From assembly GCA_024274695.1 (NCBI GenBank), contig JAJSAI010000015.1:1-21558 (forward strand): a DNA stretch of 21,558 nucleotides. Direction: 5' to 3'. Positions 15,899 to 21,558 of the stretch are shown here, one piece after another. The notes under the pieces were generated by a model, which ran no database searches, was not told the DNA's origin, and worked only from the letters and a program-made list of their open reading frames with translations. The translations under genes were made by a program, and so were the position numbers. This stretch comes from an archaeon. Lineage in GTDB: Archaea > B1Sed10-29 > JAJSAI01. Each line of letters opens with the position of its first letter. Positions within the stretch are counted from its first letter, which is position 1.

Positions 15899-18045
15899 CC
15901 TGCTCTCCTCCTATGCAGCATGGTCAGCAGCGCCAGTGCGAGGAGGGCTGACGCGAGAGAAGGGTCAAAGCCCGGGGCGCTGACCACGCTCGTGCTGGAA
16001 ACGTACCCGTTCAGGACGACGGACGAGAAATGAGGGATGCCTGAACAGGATATGTCCGGCCCAGACTGAGCGCAGGAGACGCCTATGTTGCTAGCGCGCG
16101 TGCAGTTGGTCGTGTTGCACCAGTAGACTCCCTCGTAGTCGGACAGGGACCTGTTCTTGAACACGACCTCGGCGGTGTAGTTGCTCGGAGGAAGGAAAGT
16201 TGAAACGTACAATCCGTACTCAGGGTTTGAAAGATTGTACGCTTTCAGGGCGTATAACTCGCTGGAGGAGAGCTCGCGCACGTAGGTTCCTGTCAACGCG
16301 TCCAGTCTTCCCGTGACATTAAAGACTACCCTAAACCCCCTTCCTTCAAATGTGGCGGGACCGTTAAGCATTTTCGGTATCGTGACCGTCACGGCGGCCG
16401 TGCCCGGAGAACTTTTCACTATCCTGTTCACCAGGACAGTTGGTGTTGTCGGGGGATTGTAGAAGAAGGTGATCCTGTGCGGGGGGTTGTTACCGCACTT
16501 CACGTAGTACGTGTTCAGTCCGCTTGAAGCGATAACGTCAAAGACCTTGCTCCCGTTCTCCGTTGTTTGCATGGGAGTCATCTGGTCAAACGTTGCGTTA
16601 GGATCGCTGGAGTACCTGCACTCCAGGCCCTCCTGAGTCTGTATTATTATCCTCTTGGCCCCGTCTTCTATCACGCTCCCTGGAGGAAGATTTTCCCACA
16701 ATAGCCAGGGGTTGCTGCAAGAGTCTCCTCCTGAGCAGTCGTTATCTATCCCGTCGCACTCTATTTCAGTGGCCCCGGGATGCACGCTCGCGTCCAGATC
16801 GTTACAGTCATCACCTCCCACGGCCTGGGAAGCGGACTGGTAACCGTCCCCGTCAAAATCGTACGTGTCCTGACCGTCGCAGTTCTGGTCAACCCCGTCA
16901 AAGGGAACCTCCAGTGCCCCAGGGTTTATGGTGGGATCGTTATCGTTGCAGTCCGCGCCAGAGGGAGTGAGGTTGTACGGAGCAGGAGGGTAGCAGTCCC
17001 CATCCCCATCCTTCCAGATCCACGGCCTGACCAGAGGGCGCGTGTCGTAAGAGAAGGAGGAGTCCGATGCGCAGTCCTTGTCCGCATCAACATGAGACGC
17101 CTGAGCGGCCCAGTAGTTACCGAGCCCGTCCGGGCCCGAGAAGGTGTTCCCAGAGGCGGGAGTGGCTCCTGAAGAGGAAAGGAAATTGTTTGAGTAGACA
17201 GTGTTGCCAGAACCGTACCAGGAGACAGCCCCGTAGACGGTATTATTATAGAAGATTCCCCCGTCCCCTATTCCAAGCGACTGGCTTATGTTGTTCTCCG
17301 CGGCCAGGGACCCGCTGGACCTGAGCATGAGATCCCATCCTGACGTGCTGATATTGTTGCCTGTTACACGGTCCCCTGAACCTCCGTATACCAGCACACC
17401 GTTCCTCAAGTCTCTGACCCGGTTACCTGAAATGGTGTTATTGCCATCGGATGAGGAGAAGTACACGAACGTCTCCTTGTGGTAACCGGGATCAGCATAG
17501 CCAACCACAGTATTACCTGAAATGTTCATGGAACCCGCGTAGTCCATCTTCACCCCGTAAACGTTGTAGTTGTTTTCCCTCGTGTGCAGGAGGAAAGTAT
17601 TGTTCACTATCCTAATATCGTACAAGTACGCGCCCTGGATCGCGTACGTGTATTGATTGTTCGGTTTTCCTCTGAGCAGGAAGGTGTTGTTCTCAAACAT
17701 GATGTTACCTATTTTGCTGGAACTCTGACCGTAAACCTGGACCACAGTGGTGTTAGAAACCAGGACACAGTTTTTCACGACAATATTACTACGGTAGTTA
17801 AGGTTCAAGGCCAAACCTGCCGTGTCAGGGGAAGCGCTTATCTCATGGCCAGCACAGTCTAGGACAACGTTGTTCCACAGTGTTAGGGCCGCTGACGTCG
17901 TGCAGTTCGCGAGACTGTCCGAACTATTCAGCACGCGGGAGGAGGTCATGGTATCACCGCAAGCGCATGGGACGCTTCCACCGCATACTGCGGAAAAAAC
18001 TGTGGACATTAGAACTATCAGGAACAGGATAGGATAAACCCTCAT
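15880..18045 (-). CDS. Secreted surface protein: parallel beta-helix, two Asp/Cys metal-binding repeats, PGF-CTERM-like anchor
   Basis: 721 aa. Signal peptide [18 protein letters not shown], NosD/CASH-like repeats ([19 protein letters not shown]), DCND..PGA.E..DG.D..C repeats, VVSAPGFD + TM + HRRR. Confidence 0.85.
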   Translation of the reverse strand: MRVYPILFLIVLMSTVFSAVCGGSVPCACGDTMTSSRVLNSSDSLANCTTSAALTLWNNVVLDCAGHEISASPDTAGLALNLNYRSNIVVKNCVLVSNTTVVQVYGQSSSKIGNIMFENNTFLLRGKPNNQYTYAIQGAYLYDIRIVNNTFLLHTRENNYNVYGVKMDYAGSMNISGNTVVGYADPGYHKETFVYFSSSDGNNTISGNRVRDLRNGVLVYGGSGDRVTGNNISTSGWDLMLRSSGSLAAENNISQSLGIGDGGIFYNNTVYGAVSWYGSGNTVYSNNFLSSSGATPASGNTFSGPDGLGNYWAAQASHVDADKDCASDSSFSYDTRPLVRPWIWKDGDGDCYPPAPYNLTPSGADCNDNDPTINPGALEVPFDGVDQNCDGQDTYDFDGDGYQSASQAVGGDDCNDLDASVHPGATEIECDGIDNDCSGGDSCSNPWLLWENLPPGSVIEDGAKRIIIQTQEGLECRYSSDPNATFDQMTPMQTTENGSKVFDVIASSGLNTYYVKCGNNPPHRITFFYNPPTTPTVLVNRIVKSSPGTAAVTVTIPKMLNGPATFEGRGFRVVFNVTGRLDALTGTYVRELSSSELYALKAYNLSNPEYGLYVSTFLPPSNYTAEVVFKNRSLSDYEGVYWCNTTNCTRASNIGVSCAQSGPDISCSGIPHFSSVVLNGYVSSTSVVSAPGFDPSLASALLALALLTMLHRRRAGWVWWK
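16729..17011 (-). repeat. Two tandem 'putative metal-binding' (MopE-related) repeats
   Basis: DGDGDCY...[27 protein letters not shown] (16873-16953) and DFDGDGY...[27 protein letters not shown] (16729-16809). Confidence 0.8.
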
Positions 18046-18069
18046 GACCTTAAGAAAGAGGGTAAGGAG

Positions 18070-18076
18070 TTTAAAA
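18070..18076 (-). promoter_or_regulatory. TATA box for the 721-aa gene
   Basis: TTTTAAA ending 24 nt before ATG 18045. Confidence 0.4.
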
Positions 18077-18079
18077 GAG

Positions 18080-21000
18080 TTACATTACCCGGGCCCTGGT
18101 AAGGAACGCTGCGGCGGCAGCGAACAATACCGCTACCAGCAGCCGGTCGAATCCGGGCGCGCTGACGACCGCCACGGTCCCGGCCACTTGTCCTGCTGAA
18201 ACCGATCCGACCGTGAACGTTCTGTTCGCCGCGGCGAAGGCGCTGTTCCCGGCCTGGTCGTAGCACTGCACGTTCCACACGTAGAACCCGTTGGTCCAGC
18301 CAGTGGTCTGGAACGTGTTCAGGGTTCCGTTGTCAGGGCTCGTGTCAGTGGCGAGCACCTGCCAGCTTCCCGTCCGGTTCGTCCACAGGCTGCAGTTCGC
18401 CAGGCTCCTGTCGTCCGACGGGGTGTACGTGAAGTTAATGTCCGATGACGTGATGCTGGCCCCGTCCGCGTGAGCGTCAAGCGTCACGGTCGGGGGAGTG
18501 GTGTCCGAGTATCCGAAGATTCCGAAAGCGCTGAAGTTATCAGTGTACAGCTGGATCGTGTTCGCGCCCGTGTCCAGCACGGTGTCGTTCCGCTGGTTCC
18601 ACGCGCTGCCGTTCCACTCGAACACGGTGAGGGTGCTCTCGTTCACTCCCGCGTTCTGCCACGCTGTGTCAGAGTACTGGACGGTCAGGTTGGCTAATGC
18701 TGTTGCTGAAACGTTTTCCACGATCCAGTACGTGCTGATGTTCCTCCACCCGCTCGGGTCAGCAGGAGGGTCTACGGCGGGCCGCGTGCGCACGTTCTTA
18801 AGGGTGCTCTGGGCCACGAGCACGTCGTACAGCGTGCCCTGCCCCTTGAACGTCGCTTGGGACAAGCTTACAGGGACTCCTCCTTCAATATTATTGTCGT
18901 ACTCGTTGTCCTGGTACACCACCTGGGATAGGGTAGAGGACTGTCCTGAACTCCCGTCAAAGTAGTACGCGTAGGCGTCGGCGCCCACCCCCCCATTCCA
19001 TCCTGAGAGTGTGACGTTTTGCAGGGTGTTCCCTCCTGGATCGTACACTCCGGCAGTGAGTCCGGAGGGCGTTGCTCCAAGGTACTGCACGCTCACGTTC
19101 TGGAGGGAGTTTCCTGAGTCCCCGAACAGTACTGCCGCGCCACCCTGGTCATTGTAGTAGTAGATTTTCCCGTTCTTTACGGTAACCCCTCCTGACAAAT
19201 CAAACATAACATCATCGGTGGCGTTGGCAACAAATTTGTCAAGGACAATGCTGGAACTGTCGTACGCGGACAGTCCCACAGTCCCAATATTAACGCTTGA
19301 AAGGGATACTGTGGAAGAATTGTATGCGCTAACAAATAGGTCTGACGTGTTTATTCCCGTGGCCTGCATGGAGTTGTTGAGGGAAAGAGTAATACTCGCG
19401 TTAGAAGATATCTCAGTCATAGCGTTCAGGGTTCCCATGAATGATATCACGTCCAACCCGCTGGAATTGGCCTGCAGGACGAGGTTGTGGAACACCGCGC
19501 CCCAGCAGGTTGAACTTACTCCGCTGCTGCATATGATCCCGTACGACGTGAAGTTTTGCATTGTGGTGTCAGTAATGTTCAGTCCCGTGTACGTGCCGTT
19601 CTGCATGTAGACTCCTGACGACACGTTTTGTATTGTCACGTTCAGGATTTTCAGGTCCTGGACGTCATTGTCGGTGGAATAGACTCCAGTACCCCATCCT
19701 CTGATGACACAGTCTCTTACCGTGATACCCTTGAAGGAGTTCCCCAGGCCTGTTCCTATGACCACTGCCTTCCCCGCGTTGGTTGAATAGTTGCCTTCCA
19801 GCACGACTCCCGGCTCGCACCTGAGGATGGTGCTGTTCGCGGTAAAGTTCATGCACCGTGACGCGTTGGAGTTCAGCACGCTCTCGTTCAGCACGTACAC
19901 GACCGCAGGAGTGTTCAGGTTAGAGCAGGCTTGTATGTACGTTTCGTTCATCCAGAGGACTATTGTCCGGTATTCTGTGGCAAGGCTTGAGTTCACGTTG
20001 AACTGGGTGGTGTTATAGTAGCCGTTCCATGAAGCGCCTGCGGTGTGCGGGTTGTAGTCGCTGACCAGCGAGCCCAGCCCGTTCACGACCTGCTCGATCG
20101 GGATGAGAGTGTTGGAGTCAATCCAGTCGGATGGCGTGAACCCTCCGACTCCTGTCGTGCTGGTGAGGCCATAGGCTCCGTTGGTGGCGTTCAGTTCAAC
20201 GCTCGCCCCGGAGAGGGGGTCCCCGAACTGGTTTTCTACTTTTATTCTCGCGATCCACCGTTGTTCTACTCTGTTCCTGTTGACGTCCACGAAGTTGTTG
20301 GAAGAGTTCAGGCCGAGGATGTCATAGTTGGAAGCGTTTATCAGGACTATCCCGCTGTTTGAGGTTAAGTTTATTATGTTCCCGGTAATGCTGACATCGC
20401 CGTCGTCGTGCACTATTACTATCGCGTCATCGTACAATACTGCCCCGGAAGACCCGCACTCTTGCAGAGTGTTGTTCTGCACGAGCCCTGGTCCGGGCAG
20501 GTAGTACAGGACGCAGGCCGTGCCGAACGATGTTGCCTCGGTCACGTTCCTGACCGTGTTATTGTAGAAGGAGAGGTTCCCCTGGGACACGAATGCAGCG
20601 AGGACCGCCCTGTTCGTGGTCCCAGGCTTCCCGAGATCGTGGAAGGTGTTGTTCCACACCTCCGCAGAGGCGTTTTCCTTAACGTATACTCCAAGCGCCA
20701 TCGGCAGCCCAGTTTCAGGATCGTACCGGTAACCCGTGACAGTGTTGTTCCATGCTCTCACGTTGTACGCGGGTTGTGGAGCATCGCCCTTTCTTGAGGT
20801 AAGGAGACCGCCGTTGTACACCAGGTTGCCCGTGACGTTCACGTCGTGCCCTCCTTCAACGCTGACCGCGCTCCCGTTTATTCCTGAATAAAAGTAGTTG
20901 TGCTCTACCAGCACGTTGTAGCCCTGTCCGTCAGAGCCGTCCACGTGTATTCCTGACCCGCTCTGCGTGTTGTTGAAAAAGTTGTTTCTTATGGTGACGT

Positions 21001-21558
21001 TGTAGCCGTTCAGGTAGACGAGGCTGTTGCTGGACCCGGGGGATTCCACTGTGTTGTTTTCAAAGAGCACGTGGGTCGCCCCACCCATGTTCACGCAAAC
21101 CCCCGCCCCTGGGTCCAGGGCTTTTATCGTGTTGTTGTAGACGTTGTGCGGCCCGGTCACGAACAGGCATAATCCCTCTTCAGTGTTCCCCGAGTTCGCG
21201 CCGAAGTTTGTTATGGTGTTGTACCTAACGGTTGAAGGGCCAAGGGTTTTGACCACGCACGCCTCGTACCCGCTTATGTTGTAGGCCGTGTTGTTTTCTA
21301 TCACTCCCGCCGCAGCGATCCCTCCTTTGAAGGATCCGCCCACGGTCGCGTTAGCGAGGGTGTTCCCTCTTATGATGGTACCGTACACATCGTCCAGCCC
21401 AGAGTATATCCCGTAGCTTGAAAAGTTTGTGATAGTATTGTTTTCAGCCAGCGCAAAGGTTGTCCCGAGACCGTACGAAAAGTTTTTGATTATACAGTTT
21501 CTTACCGTGACGTTAGGGTAAACTGTGTTGTAAACCCCGTACCCTGTACCATTACCTA
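18080..21558 (-). CDS. Very large beta-helix surface protein with Ig-like module and PGF-CTERM-like anchor (5'-partial)
   Basis: The frame of the 1102-aa ORF stays open from 21388 to the window edge ([29 protein letters not shown]...). Two beta-helix regions, many sequons, ends VVSAPGFD + TM + TRAR. Confidence 0.85.
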   Translation of the reverse strand, partial: GNGTGYGVYNTVYPNVTVRNCIIKNFSYGLGTTFALAENNTITNFSSYGIYSGLDDVYGTIIRGNTLANATVGGSFKGGIAAAGVIENNTAYNISGYEACVVKTLGPSTVRYNTITNFGANSGNTEEGLCLFVTGPHNVYNNTIKALDPGAGVCVNMGGATHVLFENNTVESPGSSNSLVYLNGYNVTIRNNFFNNTQSGSGIHVDGSDGQGYNVLVEHNYFYSGINGSAVSVEGGHDVNVTGNLVYNGGLLTSRKGDAPQPAYNVRAWNNTVTGYRYDPETGLPMALGVYVKENASAEVWNNTFHDLGKPGTTNRAVLAAFVSQGNLSFYNNTVRNVTEATSFGTACVLYYLPGPGLVQNNTLQECGSSGAVLYDDAIVIVHDDGDVSITGNIINLTSNSGIVLINASNYDILGLNSSNNFVDVNRNRVEQRWIARIKVENQFGDPLSGASVELNATNGAYGLTSTTGVGGFTPSDWIDSNTLIPIEQVVNGLGSLVSDYNPHTAGASWNGYYNTTQFNVNSSLATEYRTIVLWMNETYIQACSNLNTPAVVYVLNESVLNSNASRCMNFTANSTILRCEPGVVLEGNYSTNAGKAVVIGTGLGNSFKGITVRDCVIRGWGTGVYSTDNDVQDLKILNVTIQNVSSGVYMQNGTYTGLNITDTTMQNFTSYGIICSSGVSSTCWGAVFHNLVLQANSSGLDVISFMGTLNAMTEISSNASITLSLNNSMQATGINTSDLFVSAYNSSTVSLSSVNIGTVGLSAYDSSSIVLDKFVANATDDVMFDLSGGVTVKNGKIYYYNDQGGAAVLFGDSGNSLQNVSVQYLGATPSGLTAGVYDPGGNTLQNVTLSGWNGGVGADAYAYYFDGSSGQSSTLSQVVYQDNEYDNNIEGGVPVSLSQATFKGQGTLYDVLVAQSTLKNVRTRPAVDPPADPSGWRNISTYWIVENVSATALANLTVQYSDTAWQNAGVNESTLTVFEWNGSAWNQRNDTVLDTGANTIQLYTDNFSAFGIFGYSDTTPPTVTLDAHADGASITSSDINFTYTPSDDRSLANCSLWTNRTGSWQVLATDTSPDNGTLNTFQTTGWTNGFYVWNVQCYDQAGNSAFAAANRTFTVGSVSAGQVAGTVAVVSAPGFDRLLVAVLFAAAAAFLTRARVM

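Noticed and set aside
938-20797. Numerous 60-180 aa ORFs antisense to or nested in the called genes (e.g. 1253..1696, 5292..5777, 7086..7568, 9290..9805, 18498..18965)
   Set aside because: Low-information shadows of real genes with no recognisable motifs or initiation signals.
1-21558. tRNA, rRNA, CRISPR array, inteins
   Set aside because: Intergenic gaps are about 100 nt or less and are explained by promoters, with no cloverleaf or repeat-spacer pattern. Enzyme lengths leave no room for inteins.

Overview
Gene-dense archaeal window with BRE/TATA promoters, GGAGG/GGTGA ribosome-binding sites and archaea-specific gatDE. Lineage cannot be fixed from sequence alone. From left to right: the 5' end of an archaeal-type threonyl-tRNA synthetase (missed by the ORF track), a small EF-Tu/IF2-like beta-barrel gene, a basic orphan, the radical-SAM tetraether lipid synthase (Tes), and a 1272-aa surface protein. 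A plus-strand run follows (conserved hypothetical, TrmB regulator, ACT protein, SAMP/ThiS, TtuA/NcsA). The minus-strand run, in transcription order, has two beta-helix surface proteins, GNAT, elp3 (interrupted by a 1-nt frameshift), a paralogous GNAT, gatD, a P-loop kinase, gatE and a wHTH gene. Most notable: (1) two paralogous atypical GNATs with a shared PR(I/V)PAHGF(I/L)S basic tail bracket elp3 inside a tRNA wobble-U/Gln-tRNA neighbourhood; (2) all three large surface proteins end in an extended VVSAPG(F/Y)D-TM-basic sorting signal; (3) the 1272-aa protein carries a triplicated domain I do not recognise; (4) AACAA-N8-TTGTT palindromes sit at both promoters around the TrmB gene. I saw no rRNA, tRNA, CRISPR array or mobile element.
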